From NCBI GenBank assembly GCA_965207065.1, contig OZ242260.1, positions 1,728,001 through 1,792,000 of the forward strand: DNA of 64,000 bases, written 5' to 3'. Every line of letters begins with the position of its first letter. Within the stretch, counting starts at the first letter, position 1. Source of the DNA: a bacterium. GTDB lineage: Bacteria; UBA8248. Shown piece after piece: positions 27,999 to 38,625 of the stretch. The notes below the pieces were generated by a model. That model had not been told where the DNA came from and did no database searches. It saw only the letters and a list, made by a program, of their open reading frames with translations. Made by a program: the position numbers and the translations under genes.

Positions 27999-29165
27999 AT
28001 GCCACTCCTCCAGGGTCTGAAGGTCATCGACGCCAGCCAGTTCAACGCCGGTCCCATCGTTTCCCTATATCTTGCGGGCTATGGCGCCGAGGTCATCAAG
28101 GTGGAGCGTCCCGGCGGGGAGGACAGCCGCGCCATCGGTCCATATAAAAACGGCGAGAGCAGCTATTTCATGAGCTTAAACCGCGGCAAGCGCTCCATCA
28201 CGCTGGACCTCAAAAAACCAGAAGGCGTGGAGGTATTCAGGAATCTCTGCCGGGAGGCGGACGTTCTGGTGGAAAACCTCCTCCCGGGCGTGATGGACCG
28301 CCTGGGCGTCGGCTGGGAGGCCCTGAGGGCGGATAACCCCCGGCTCGTATACGCCGCGGTGTCCGGCTTCGGCCAGAGCGGGAAAAACGCCAAGCGCCCC
28401 GCCTTCGACAGCCTCTTACAAGCCGCGGGCGGCCTCATCAGCGTGACGGGGCCTGCGGGCGGGGAACCCGTGCGCGTGGGCGTCTCGATTGTCGACGTAA
28501 CCAGCGGACTTTACTTGCTTTCCGGGATTCTCACCGCGCTCCTCCAGAGGGAGCGCACCGGTGAGGGCGCCCGCGTGGACGCCTCGATGATGGGCGCGAC
28601 CGTCAACATCATGGAAAACCCCGTGTCGCGCCACGCCTTCACCGGCCAAGTGCCTGAACCGGAAGGACTTTCCCACCCGGTGGTCTCTCCCTTCTCGGGC
28701 TACCGCACAAGGGACGGCCTCATATACGTGGCCATCTCGAACACGAACCGCTACCGCGTATTCGTCGAAGCCATTGATAAACCTGCGCTTGCGGACGATC
28801 CCCGCTTCCGCGAAAATAAGGATCGCGTGGCGAACGACGCCGCCCTGCGCGAAATTCTCGAGGACGTCCTTACCCGGAAGACGACCGCCGAGTGGGAGGA
28901 ACTCCTTATTCCTCAAGGGGTTACGGTCAGCGCCATCAACGACGTCGCCCAGGTCAAGGAGCGCTTCCCCGAGGCCTTCGTCGAGGTCGACCACCCCGTT
29001 GCGGGGCCGGGCCTCCTGCCCGCTTCCCCGGTTGCGTTCGGCGGCGTAACGCCTGATTTATCAAAGCCTTCGCCGGTGCTGGGCGAGCACACCGGGGAGA
29101 TTCTGGCCGAGGTCGGCTACGCTGCGGACGAAATCGCCCGCCTGCGCGCCGATGGTGTCGTGTAA
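27999..29165 (+). CDS. Family III CoA-transferase (CaiB/BaiF)
   Basis: GAEVIKVE.P.GE, NRGKRSITLDLK, ADVLVEN, VSGFGQSG, DPRF, LGEHT. Confidence 0.95.
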   Translation: MPLLQGLKVIDASQFNAGPIVSLYLAGYGAEVIKVERPGGEDSRAIGPYKNGESSYFMSLNRGKRSITLDLKKPEGVEVFRNLCREADVLVENLLPGVMDRLGVGWEALRADNPRLVYAAVSGFGQSGKNAKRPAFDSLLQAAGGLISVTGPAGGEPVRVGVSIVDVTSGLYLLSGILTALLQRERTGEGARVDASMMGATVNIMENPVSRHAFTGQVPEPEGLSHPVVSPFSGYRTRDGLIYVAISNTNRYRVFVEAIDKPALADDPRFRENKDRVANDAALREILEDVLTRKTTAEWEELLIPQGVTVSAINDVAQVKERFPEAFVEVDHPVAGPGLLPASPVAFGGVTPDLSKPSPVLGEHTGEILAEVGYAADEIARLRADGVV

Positions 29166-29703
29166 TCGCGGTAACCCATCAGTAAACAACCATTTGTCGA
29201 AGAACGCCCCTGGCCTCTGACGGGCGGGGGGAGCAGACTCATCCGCGCATCCTGCCCCGCAACTGCCCGCATTTGCGCACACCCCGCCTCCGCTGTTCCC
29301 CGCATTTGCGCGCATTTGCCCTCGTTAATTTTCAGGTATTTACGGAAAAACCCCGTGAATTTATCGATATTTACGGAATTGTTTGCTTATTCCTGAGGGC
29401 GTTGCAGAGGTGTTCCTGTGCGCTGCGGCCGAGCTCTTTGGATGCCGGTTCTTCTCATGGTTCTTCCCGATTCGATTTGCGGTGCCGGGTGTGGCTTCCC
29501 GGATCATTCATGCTGCAAGCTCATACAGGCCGTCCGCCAGCGCGTCCTTTCTCAGGGCGCTGGCCGTGGTGTATTCTGCACGCGCGCGCGGATTCGGCGC
29601 GACGCGCAACTGCGGGCAAATGCGGACACGAACCCGACGGAGGAGGGAGGGTTCAAGGCAGGGAAGGATGAGGCGGTTCTCTCGCATCAACCGGGCTTTC
29701 ACC

Positions 29704-29775
29704 TGTAGGGGCCGCATATATGCGGCCCATGACGGGCGGCGAAAAAAGGCCGGGTCGCATGTATGCGACCCCTAC
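29704..29775. repeat. GTAG-type REP doublet (REPIN-like), family D
   Basis: TGTAGGGGCCGCATATATGCGGCCC...GGGTCGCATGTATGCGACCCCTACA; near-identical doublet at 40956-41027; related GTAGGG units at ~36072, 38548, 46557, 52433, 53087, 53242. Confidence 0.75.
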
Positions 29776-29822
29776 ACCCCCGCTCCTCAGGGGGAAAGAA
29801 CGCCGCCCCCGGGAGTATCAAC

Positions 29823-30236
29823 ATGCTCATCGTGAACGAGAGGCTCCGCATCCCCTTGCGCGAAATCCACTTCCAGTTCGCGCGAAGCTCCGGCCCCGGC
29901 GGGCAGAACGTCAACAAGGTCTCCTCCAAGGCGGTGCTGCGCTGGAACATGGCCGCCTCGCCGAGCGCGCCCGAGGGCGTGAAGGCGAGGCTCCGCGCGC
30001 TCCACCCGCGCCGCGTGACGCGCGAGGGCCACGTGGTCATCGCGAGCAGCCGCTTCCGCGACCAGGGCCGGAACGTCGCCGACTGCCTTGAGAAGCTGCG
30101 CGCCGCCCTCGCCGCCGCCGCCGACCCGCCCCGGCCGCGCCGCCCCACGCGCCCCACCCGCGGGTCGCAAGAAAAACGCTTGCAGGATAAACGCGCCCGC
30201 AGCGATAAGAAGAAGATGAGAGGGAAGGTGGAGTAG
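29823..30236 (+). CDS. arfB: Alternative ribosome rescue peptidyl-tRNA hydrolase
   Basis: FARSSGPGGQNVNKVSSK (GGQ), R.Q..N, basic tail RRPTRPTRGSQEKRL..K. Confidence 0.95.
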   Translation: MLIVNERLRIPLREIHFQFARSSGPGGQNVNKVSSKAVLRWNMAASPSAPEGVKARLRALHPRRVTREGHVVIASSRFRDQGRNVADCLEKLRAALAAAADPPRPRRPTRPTRGSQEKRLQDKRARSDKKKMRGKVE

Positions 30237-30242
30237 GGGGTG

Positions 30243-33200
30243 TTAGGGTAAAGGCGTCTCGTCACCGTTTAACATTTCATCGACATATGGAAATTGGCGT
30301 TCTAGGATTTCAAGTAGTCTCACGCCAACACTTGTTGTGAGTCGACGCAAGTCATAGAAATCAAGTACGATTCTCAAATGATCTTCCGAACCATGTTTGA
30401 TATCATCTATTCGGTCTTCAAGTAAGCGGCGCGCGACAAGTTGTAGTTCACTCGGTGGTATTTCATTAAACTCCCGGGTTCCTCGTTCGCGAACGACGAC
30501 TGGGGACACATCCGGTAACCGAACAATAGAATAAAGTAAACCACCTTTACTTGACTCATCCTCTTTGATTATTAGCTTATTTCGAATCGCGTGTTGAAGA
30601 GATCGATTCATTACTTTTTTCAGTTCTCCTCCCATCCTTTTTATTCCACAACCGCGCAAGTAAATGTCGTAGGTGCGTTTTGCGAGAACCGGTCCCTCAT
30701 CCTTGATGATTCGACATAGCCCTTCGGCCACTTGAGAGGGGTTTGTATAACGTGGGTCGGGTCCAGCCACGCCTTCAAAATTGACATACGGCGCAGGAAA
30801 ATTTTCAAACTGGATTTCTATCTTTTCATCCGGCACATCAGACTGTGTTGATACTTTCAGTTCTGTTTCATTAAGCCCTGGATAAAACGGAGAGGGGATT
30901 GATTTCTCAGGTTTCAGGTCTGTTGTCTCCGGCGCTTTTTCGTCAGGGTAATCCGCGGGCGGAGGAATGCGCGGTTCTATAGGTAACGGGGCCGGTGGCT
31001 CTGCCGCTTTTAGTTCGATCCCTCCCGGGCGGATTCCTAAACCTTCGAGTTCAGTCCATAAAGGATCCAAGGCTTGGCGTTTATTTCTGTAGAAGTCACC
31101 GCCGCGAACTCGTACGAACTGCCAGCCTGCTCGCTCCAAATCGCGTTGGCGAGCCATGTCTTGTTCGTATCGGTCAGGGCCATGCCATTGTTCGCCATCG
31201 CATTCAACGGCAAGCCGCCCCTGCATTCCCTCAACAACGAGGTCGATACGGTAGCGATGATTCGTAGTATCACCAACGCCGACTTGGGTGCGCACATGAA
31301 AGCCTCGTTCTGTAATCTCATCGAATACATCCCGCTCGAAATTAGAGTCGAAACTCAGGTTCTCATGGAGATTGGGTTGACGTGTAGGATCATGCACGTA
31401 TTGAAGCAGTTTGTAGCGCATACATTGAGGACTCAGGACATCAAGTTGAGCAGTGTGAAAGAGCCAAAGCTGGTCCATAGCTCGACTCGCGGCTACGTTG
31501 AATCGTTGACGGGCGGAATCGTTTGACAATGTCCCAATTCGGGTTTCTCCTGGTGCCGCTACCATGCTTAGGAAAATAACATTGCGTTCATCCCCCTGAA
31601 ACGCATAGGCGTCGCCACAAATCAGGAGTCGCTCGTCGATTTCCTCAAGCTCCAACTCTTCCAACAGCGCTTGTTCAATCAACTTTGCTTGAGCCTCTCC
31701 TTGTAGGCTGATAACGCCCATAGTGAGTCCTTGGTAGCGTGGATCCTTTATACAGGCTGCAACCTGAGCGACGATTGCATTGGCCTCCGGACGGTTAATG
31801 GCGCGTTGGGGACTGCCTTCTCTATAACCTTCTGAAACATGACGAAGCACAAGCGGTTCGAGACGATTCCCTTGGTAAGCACGTATTGGGTCAAGAGGTG
31901 TTCCGTTGCTCGCATAGCAGAGATCATTTGAGAACTGGATAATCTCGGGCATACAGCGAAAATGTTCACGTAGCACGATATTGGAGTTGAAACGAATTTT
32001 TGCGTTGGAGTACAAGCTGCTTTGTGCGGAGAACGCGATGCGGTGCGGAATCCCGCCTAAAAATCGTTGTTGCAGGCTGGAGATTTGATCGTCACGGATT
32101 CCTACCCCGTAAGGACTGATTTGTTGATCATCTCCGACCACCAGAATTTTCTTGGCTATATAGAACAGAAACAGGCTCTCGATTCCGAGTTGACTTGCTT
32201 CGTCCGCGATGACGAGATCGAATCGATTTGGTTCTGGATTGAGCATTTCGGCGACCAGATAGCGGGGCATGATCCAAGCCGGAATTGCATCACGACACTT
32301 GTCCATATATATTCGCGCTTCCCGGCGCAGACGAGCTAATCTGTTGGATCGCCCTGTTCCTCTCCCTATGGCTCTGATAGTTTCGCGCCAGCCTTTTAAA
32401 GCCTCGGCTTCTTGCTGGGACAAGCGGTCAAAAAAATGTCGCCATGCACGCAAAGCTGCTAAATCAGCCGTCAACTTACGAATCTGTTGTTCGATTGTAT
32501 GCCAATTCTGCCCAAGTTCTTCTTGGTAATCGAAATCTAAGCGTTTATCGAGCCAAGCATCGGCAATACCCCATCGCCAAGCTTTTTCCCAATTCGCAAA
32601 TCGCTCATCCCAAGCATTATCATTTATTGTCGAAACAATGCTTTCCACAAGATAAGGGACTGCCTCACGGAGGATTCGTTCAATGGATATTTGTTTTTCA
32701 TGCTCGATTCTAGTTTGAACAATATCCCGAACTTGGTCATAGCATTTGCTGTATGCTCTTACATCCCGCTCATTGACGGCATGGATCAATGTCTGGACGA
32801 CTGGATGTGCATTTTGAATATCGTTTAGGTTGTTCACTGCCTGGGTTGTGGAATCGACCGAATGAACGGCCTTTATGTAGTGCTCTTCGATTTCCACTAC
32901 AGCAATCAGCCGAAGCCAATGTTCGATATCGCCGTCTAGCCAGTCTGGTGAAGGGATTGACGGGATTGCAGCCGCCATCTTTTGCCCAATGCGTAGACAT
33001 GCAACAGCAAATTTTGAACTTTGCTCTAAGGCTAATAATTGCTCTTCGAATGCCGCGATACACAAATCTCGATCTTCAGAAACGGGCACGGCGTCGATGT
33101 CGCTCCATACCGATCGCAGTTTCTCAAGTGCAAAATTTGCATCAAGGTGATCGCAAACAGCATATAAATGCTCGATATCCTCTGAGCCGATACCGTCGAC

Positions 33201-35450
33201 TAACACTCTCTCTTTGAGATAAGAGCGTTCACGGAGCAGCTTTGGTGTAAACAGGCCCCACTTTTTCCTCTTGCCGCCTGCACGTAAATAGGAAAGCACT
33301 GCTTCGGCGTCGGCACGGACCTTGCGTGGATTGAGGTCATTCGGAATTGTTACACTACGTCCAGACAATTTTGTGAGTTTGGTCTTCGACTCCTGAAGTC
33401 GATCTCGGCTTAATTTGATGATCGTTTCCCACTGCGCAGGTTGACCTGTGAGGTAATCACGTATGACGTTCCTCAACCATTTTTTTCGCTCTAGTATTTC
33501 TGCTTGTAGTTTTAGCTCTCTTAAGTCATTTTCTAATTCCGAGCGAGCATCAGGTGTCTGTGCGCGAAGAGGCGTATATGCCTTATGATTTTGAAGTGCC
33601 GCTTCTTTTTCTAGGTTAGATGCCGCTTCTTTTTCCTTTTCGACTATCTCGCTAAAAGCGCTAGGTGTGAGCAGGTTTTCAGGCAAAGGGATTTGAAGTT
33701 TAGATTGATTGATCTGTTCATCAGTGTAGCGGCGTTTGATCTCCAGCCAGCTTATGATTTCTTCTCTTGAGATCGCTGGTTCCTCAGATGCCTCTCGGGG
33801 CAATTTTAACCAGCCATAGAGTTCTTTTTCTTCAGAAACGCGCTTGGCAATTATTGAAGCCGTTCCGAGATATGTTCCACCCGAGACTGTTTGGGAAGTC
33901 GTTTCGCCTTCTCTTAAACTTCGCAACTCTGAAGCAGTTTTCGACAATTTCTGGTTAGCTTCTTTTAGCTCCTGAACGATTTCGTCAATACGGACATCAT
34001 AATTGCCTTTTGAGTAAGAGTTATATCGAGTCGTAATATCCTGAACAACACTGTTCAATTCCGCGAAAGCGTCGCCGCCTTGACCGAGTAAGCTCACGCA
34101 AAGCGGCTGAATTTCTTTTGGGAGTTTTTCTTTAAGCACTCTGAGTGCTCGAGGAGTTTCGGCCGTTACAACTACACGTTTTCCGGTTGCTAACAAATGG
34201 CAAATCAGATTAGCGATTGTTTGACTTTTCCCTGTTCCGGGTGGTCCCTGAACCAAGACACCCCGATTATTTTCGATTGCTTCAACAATTCGTTTTTGTT
34301 CATTGTTTGCAGACAGCGGGAAAAATACTTCGCTAGGCGGTAATGAAATAGAGGTTGGTGAATTCCATATGTCATGATTTGAACCACTGCCAATATCTTC
34401 ACTCATAAGGTCGTTGGTTAGTTTACGCCATCCCATAGGGATTTCTTCTGAGGAATCTGATAGTTGCTCGATAAGTTTGTCATAGACTCTGACCATTCCT
34501 GTTTGAGGACGTGACCTCAGGATTAAGGCTGGCGCTAAACTGATTGTCGGGCCCGAGACGCGGGAGTTTTCTTTGTTCAAGCTGGGAAGCCACTGCATGT
34601 TGGGACTAAAGGATGCTGCCCAAGCCTGAAGAGCGGTACAAATCTGTTCCTTGTCCCAAACATTGTTATCAATCTCATCCAGTTGTTCTTTGAGAACTTC
34701 GTAATGGTTGTGCTCTGGCCGTAAATCAGCTTCAAGCATGTCGTCCTCGATCCGAAGCTCTGCTCCTTCACCGGGTGGCTCAACTTGAATTACACTTCTG
34801 GTAGCATCAAATTTTAGTTCGACACTTGCCACTACAGTATGGCGTTTAATTTGTACCGAGGGTCCATTTTGTTGGGTTGGCCAATTGAGGAGCCCGATCC
34901 CGAGACATACTTCTTTTATTTCGCCCTGTTTCCGCACTTGGGTATGTAAGTTGAATAATTCTGCATAGACTTTCTGAATGGTTTGACGGCGTCGGTGCTC
35001 TTGCGACCAAGCTTCCCACTTCGGACGATATTTCTCGTAAGCACTGCGAACGTCGGGATAATCCGCGATATTTCGCTCAACTAATGGAGGAGATTCTCCC
35101 TCCAGCAAGACAACTTCATTGTCTTCCATGTGTATCGTTTGAAGGAGCGGTGGGATTTCCGGTGTAGCACGTTCAAGGGCTTGTTCGTTCACCCATGGGC
35201 GGGTTATTTCTGGCGGTTCTGGTTTCGGTTTGAACACTTGTTTCTTGACTTCAAGCCAAGGCTCATTGGGACTCCAATCGTCGGTCCATGCCCCGCTTCG
35301 GCAATCCTTGTCCTGTGGCATGTCCCCAAACCAAACGACCGTATCGTATTTGTCCACATCTCTGACGGTTTTTGTTCGAAGACCTACGAACTCTTTCAGG
35401 TAGCGGGCGAGTCGCAGTTCGGGATGTTCTGTTTCTGTGTCGTTTGACAT
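30243..35450 (-). CDS. Large SF1 (Upf1/Dna2-like AAA_11/AAA_12) helicase fused to a Vsr/DUF559-like (MTES_1575-type) endonuclease
   Basis: QGPPGTGKSQT, long helical insert, DEASQ, GDDQQ, LREHFRC, FQGDER, RFNVAASRA; then FDSNFERDV...YRIDLVV...LAVECDG..WH...D..RQ..LE..GW.F.RV. Confidence 0.9.
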   Translation of the reverse strand: MSNDTETEHPELRLARYLKEFVGLRTKTVRDVDKYDTVVWFGDMPQDKDCRSGAWTDDWSPNEPWLEVKKQVFKPKPEPPEITRPWVNEQALERATPEIPPLLQTIHMEDNEVVLLEGESPPLVERNIADYPDVRSAYEKYRPKWEAWSQEHRRRQTIQKVYAELFNLHTQVRKQGEIKEVCLGIGLLNWPTQQNGPSVQIKRHTVVASVELKFDATRSVIQVEPPGEGAELRIEDDMLEADLRPEHNHYEVLKEQLDEIDNNVWDKEQICTALQAWAASFSPNMQWLPSLNKENSRVSGPTISLAPALILRSRPQTGMVRVYDKLIEQLSDSSEEIPMGWRKLTNDLMSEDIGSGSNHDIWNSPTSISLPPSEVFFPLSANNEQKRIVEAIENNRGVLVQGPPGTGKSQTIANLICHLLATGKRVVVTAETPRALRVLKEKLPKEIQPLCVSLLGQGGDAFAELNSVVQDITTRYNSYSKGNYDVRIDEIVQELKEANQKLSKTASELRSLREGETTSQTVSGGTYLGTASIIAKRVSEEKELYGWLKLPREASEEPAISREEIISWLEIKRRYTDEQINQSKLQIPLPENLLTPSAFSEIVEKEKEAASNLEKEAALQNHKAYTPLRAQTPDARSELENDLRELKLQAEILERKKWLRNVIRDYLTGQPAQWETIIKLSRDRLQESKTKLTKLSGRSVTIPNDLNPRKVRADAEAVLSYLRAGGKRKKWGLFTPKLLRERSYLKERVLVDGIGSEDIEHLYAVCDHLDANFALEKLRSVWSDIDAVPVSEDRDLCIAAFEEQLLALEQSSKFAVACLRIGQKMAAAIPSIPSPDWLDGDIEHWLRLIAVVEIEEHYIKAVHSVDSTTQAVNNLNDIQNAHPVVQTLIHAVNERDVRAYSKCYDQVRDIVQTRIEHEKQISIERILREAVPYLVESIVSTINDNAWDERFANWEKAWRWGIADAWLDKRLDFDYQEELGQNWHTIEQQIRKLTADLAALRAWRHFFDRLSQQEAEALKGWRETIRAIGRGTGRSNRLARLRREARIYMDKCRDAIPAWIMPRYLVAEMLNPEPNRFDLVIADEASQLGIESLFLFYIAKKILVVGDDQQISPYGVGIRDDQISSLQQRFLGGIPHRIAFSAQSSLYSNAKIRFNSNIVLREHFRCMPEIIQFSNDLCYASNGTPLDPIRAYQGNRLEPLVLRHVSEGYREGSPQRAINRPEANAIVAQVAACIKDPRYQGLTMGVISLQGEAQAKLIEQALLEELELEEIDERLLICGDAYAFQGDERNVIFLSMVAAPGETRIGTLSNDSARQRFNVAASRAMDQLWLFHTAQLDVLSPQCMRYKLLQYVHDPTRQPNLHENLSFDSNFERDVFDEITERGFHVRTQVGVGDTTNHRYRIDLVVEGMQGRLAVECDGEQWHGPDRYEQDMARQRDLERAGWQFVRVRGGDFYRNKRQALDPLWTELEGLGIRPGGIELKAAEPPAPLPIEPRIPPPADYPDEKAPETTDLKPEKSIPSPFYPGLNETELKVSTQSDVPDEKIEIQFENFPAPYVNFEGVAGPDPRYTNPSQVAEGLCRIIKDEGPVLAKRTYDIYLRGCGIKRMGGELKKVMNRSLQHAIRNKLIIKEDESSKGGLLYSIVRLPDVSPVVVRERGTREFNEIPPSELQLVARRLLEDRIDDIKHGSEDHLRIVLDFYDLRRLTTSVGVRLLEILERQFPYVDEMLNGDETPLP

Positions 35451-35680
35451 TAACCAATCAACCTAAAGCGCTTATGACAAGGGTAGGGATGTTCAGTGTT
35501 TACTAGGCATCAGCTTAACAGAGATGCTCTTCCCATTCCGTTGGGTTTTATATTTTTCAAATTGAGTGCAATGTTATAGTAAATAACCCTGCTCGATCAA
35601 TATTGGAGTAATAAGTTATTTCTGTGCTGTAAGAAAGTTCGAACTTGGTCGAGAAAGCATCTCCTCCAAAATACATGCAC

Positions 35681-35711
35681 TTGACAACATATGTCCCGCA
35701 CAACATATCAT
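35681..35711 (+). promoter_or_regulatory. Sigma70-like promoter with probable autoregulatory operator
   Basis: TTGACA at 35681, TATCAT at 35706; overlapping ACATATGT palindrome and CAACATAT direct repeat. Confidence 0.5.
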
Positions 35712-35743
35712 GCGACCAAACCCAACTTTCAAAAGAGAGAACC

Positions 35744-36070
35744 ATGCCTGCAAACGTAAACAAGAAAATCAAAAAGCTAAGCCCCGCGCAACGCAAGAAG
35801 GTCGAGGCGCGGGCGGCGGAGTTGATCGCCGAGGAGATGACGCTGCGCGATCTCAGGAAGGCGCGGGAGTTGACGCAGGCGCGGATGGCGGAGGAGTTGG
35901 GGATCACGCAGGACGGCGTATCGAGGCTCGAGAAGCGAAGCGACCTCCTGCTCTCCACGCTCAGAAAATCCGTCGAGGCGATGGGCGGGCGCCTCTCGCT
36001 CGTGGCCGAATTTCCCGACCGCGCCCCGGTCGTGCTCACCGGCATCGCGGAGGATGAATCACGCGGGTGA
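35744..36070 (+). CDS. XRE-family HTH protein (HigA-like antitoxin)
   Basis: LRDLRKARELTQARMAEELGITQDGVSRLEKRSDLLLSTLRKSVEAMGGRLSLVAEFP. Confidence 0.9.
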   Translation: MPANVNKKIKKLSPAQRKKVEARAAELIAEEMTLRDLRKARELTQARMAEELGITQDGVSRLEKRSDLLLSTLRKSVEAMGGRLSLVAEFPDRAPVVLTGIAEDESRG

Positions 36071-36261
36071 CTGTAGGGGCCGCTCGCGAGCGACCCGGAT
36101 TCGCGAGCAGTATCAGCCGCAATCAGCCAAAGAGATCGTCCAACCCCTCCCGCCGCTGAACGCGGTCCGGCAGCTTCAGGAACATTCCGCTGTCTCAATT
36201 TGTATTCCTTGGAATATTTTTTTATATTCTTTGGAATGCAAATCAAGCGAATAGTGAAACC

Positions 36262-36528
36262 ATGTCGAATCTCACAGGCCCGCCGGTTTCCGAATGTGCA
36301 ACCTGGCTGTCCCATGTCAGCCGGCTTTTCGGAACACGCATGACCATTTTGCTGGAACCCCACGGTCTGACGTTGGGTCAGTCCGGCATCCTGCATCACA
36401 TCGTCAGGCGACGATCACGGCGAGGGAGCCGCATATCGGACATCGCGGCGGCTGTGGAAGTCGGCCGGCCTGCCGTTACGAAGACGCTCGAGACGCTTGG
36501 CGGGTGGCTCGACGGACAGGAACGATGA
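36262..36528 (+). pseudogene. Truncated MarR-family regulator
   Basis: LEPHGLTLGQ.GIL.H, ISDIAAAVEV.RPAVTKTL..L; stops before the wing (D.R motif) and C-terminal helix, overlapping the amidase start. Confidence 0.65.
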
Positions 36529-37940
36529 GCGATTTCGCGTTCATGACGGCAATCGAGTTGAAAGACCTGATCGCGCGCGGCGACATCTCGCCGGTCGAAC
36601 TCGTCGGGTCGTCCCTGGAGCGCATGGACGGGCTGGAGCCGACGCTCAACTGTTTCGTCCAGACCTCGCCCGACCTCGCCCTCGAAGCGGCGCGGCAGGC
36701 CGAAAAGGCCGTCATGTCCGGCGAAGAGCTCGGACTGCTGCACGGCCTGCCTGTCTCGGTGAAGGACATGATCGCCGTGGACGGCCTGAAGCTGACCTTC
36801 GGCTCCCGGGTGATGGCGGACAATGTCGCGGCGGTCGACGCGCCCTCGGTGGATCGGGTGCGGCGGCAGGGCGGCTGCATCGTCGGCAAGTCGACGACCA
36901 GCGAGTTCGGCTGCAAGGCGGTCGGCGACAGCCCGCTGACCGGGGTGACGCCGAACGCCTGGAATCTCGCCAAGACGCCGGGCGGATCGAGCTGCGGCGC
37001 CGCGACCAGCGTTGCCGCCGGGGTCACGCCGTTCGCGCTCGGAACCGACGGCGGCGGGTCCGTCCGCATCCCGAGTTCGCTCAGCGGCCTTTTCGGCATC
37101 AAGGCGCAGTTCGCGCGCGTCGGGGTCTACCCGGCGAGCGCCACGCCGACGCTCGGCCATGTTGGCCCGCTCACCCGCACCGTGCGCGACGGGGCGCTCC
37201 TGCTGAGCGCTATCGCCGGGCACGACCGACGGGATCCCTTCAGCGTCGCGCAGCCCGTGCCCGACTTCCTGGCCGCCTGCGAGCGTCCGGTCGAGGGCAT
37301 GCGCCTGGCCTGGAGCCCGACGCTCGGCTACGCGCAGCCTACCGGCGAGGTGGTCCGGATCGTCGAGGAGGCCGTCAGGGTGTTCGAGGATCTCGGCTGC
37401 ACCGTGGACCTGGTCGAACAAGTCATGGAAGAGGATCCGCTCCCCATCTGGATGGCCGAGTTCTACGCCGGCGTCGGAACCCGGCTCAAGGATGTGCTCG
37501 CCGACAAGCCGGACCTGCTCGACCCGGCGGTTGCCGACGTGCTTGCCGGCGCCCTCGATCAGGAACTGGACGAGTATTACGGCAAGGTTTTCCGGCGCTA
37601 CGACTTACGCGAGAAGATGCGCCTCTTCTTCGAGGACTACGATCTGCTCCTGACGCCGACGCTTCCCGTCCCGGCTTTCGACGTGAACTGCAACGCGCCC
37701 CCGGAGCTGCCCGACCGCAACATCGTATCCTGGGTCTACTACACCTATCCGTTCAACCTGACGGGCCAGCCGGCCGCCTCGGTGCCGGCGGGATGGACCT
37801 GGGACGGCCTGCCCGTAGGCATGCAGATGGTTTCGAAAATCCTGCGCGAGGAAGACATCTTCCGCGCCGCCGCCGCATTCGAGGCCGCCAGACCGTGGGC
37901 CGACCGAAGGCCCGATCTGGCCGCACCGGCCCAGGAATAG
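36525..37940 (+). CDS. Amidase (amidase-signature family)
   Basis: LHGLPVSVKD, TPGGSSCGA, GTDGGGSVRIP, PFNLTGQPAASVP; start MSDFAF. Confidence 0.93.
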   Translation: MSDFAFMTAIELKDLIARGDISPVELVGSSLERMDGLEPTLNCFVQTSPDLALEAARQAEKAVMSGEELGLLHGLPVSVKDMIAVDGLKLTFGSRVMADNVAAVDAPSVDRVRRQGGCIVGKSTTSEFGCKAVGDSPLTGVTPNAWNLAKTPGGSSCGAATSVAAGVTPFALGTDGGGSVRIPSSLSGLFGIKAQFARVGVYPASATPTLGHVGPLTRTVRDGALLLSAIAGHDRRDPFSVAQPVPDFLAACERPVEGMRLAWSPTLGYAQPTGEVVRIVEEAVRVFEDLGCTVDLVEQVMEEDPLPIWMAEFYAGVGTRLKDVLADKPDLLDPAVADVLAGALDQELDEYYGKVFRRYDLREKMRLFFEDYDLLLTPTLPVPAFDVNCNAPPELPDRNIVSWVYYTYPFNLTGQPAASVPAGWTWDGLPVGMQMVSKILREEDIFRAAAAFEAARPWADRRPDLAAPAQE

Positions 37941-37944
37941 CTCC

Positions 37945-38050
37945 ATTGAGCGGCTGTCTCGGCAGCCACACGGCGATTTCCGGAAATGCCACTATAAGCG
38001 CCAGTCCGGTCAGTTGCATAAGTACGAACGGAATGATTCCGGTGTAGATC
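37945..38050 (-). pseudogene. C-terminal remnant of a TRAP transporter large permease (DctM)
   Basis: Reads IYTGIIPFVLMQLTGLALIVAFPEIAVWLPRQ, the typical DctM last helix; cut exactly at the repeat end starting at 38051. Confidence 0.7.
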
Positions 38051-38320
38051 GGGGCTGTTGGAAAAGTTCTGGTTTCGAGACCAGGCGTATATTACCTGCC
38101 GAGGAGAGAGAAGAATCACTCCCCCCTTGAGGGTCGGTCTCCCTCGGGGAAGACCGACAGTGAACTGAGGGCGTAAGCCCGAAAGTGAACTGGTGGGGGG
38201 TATGATTCGGAATGGCAATAAAACGCATTTTACCCCCCACCGAATCGGCCTTCGCATAAATCGCTCGGCCTCTTCGTCGGTCTACCCGAGGAGGATAGAC
38301 CGACCCTCAAGGGGGGAGTG
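38051..38320. mobile_element. MITE-like element (family A)
   Basis: End GGGGCTGTTGGAAAAG at 38051; palindromic core 38117-38320. Confidence 0.65.
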
Positions 38321-38625
38321 AATTGTCCTTCTCCTTGGAATGCCCGATCCTCAAAGGGTCAATCCCGACCAAGGCGGGAGGGGTTGCTTTCCAGGCGAGA
38401 GGGTCGCCCCCTTTGCCGTGTTCCGTCAGGGACCGCTCACGAGGGGTTGTTGACGAAATCGTTAAATGCTGACAGGGGGTGTTTGTGTATGTAGCGCTCC
38501 CTTCTTGGGAGCGCTACATACATGCGTCCCACATGCCACAATCGGTCGGGTCGCATATTATGCGACCCCTACAACAGAAAAGGCGATGCGCCCCCGCCGG
38601 GCAGAGGAGGCTTTGCTTTTTCTTG

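Noticed and set aside
36294-36524. N-terminal extension of the amidase in the ORF track
   Set aside because: Overlaps the MarR remnant in another frame; amidase homology starts at ATG 36525.
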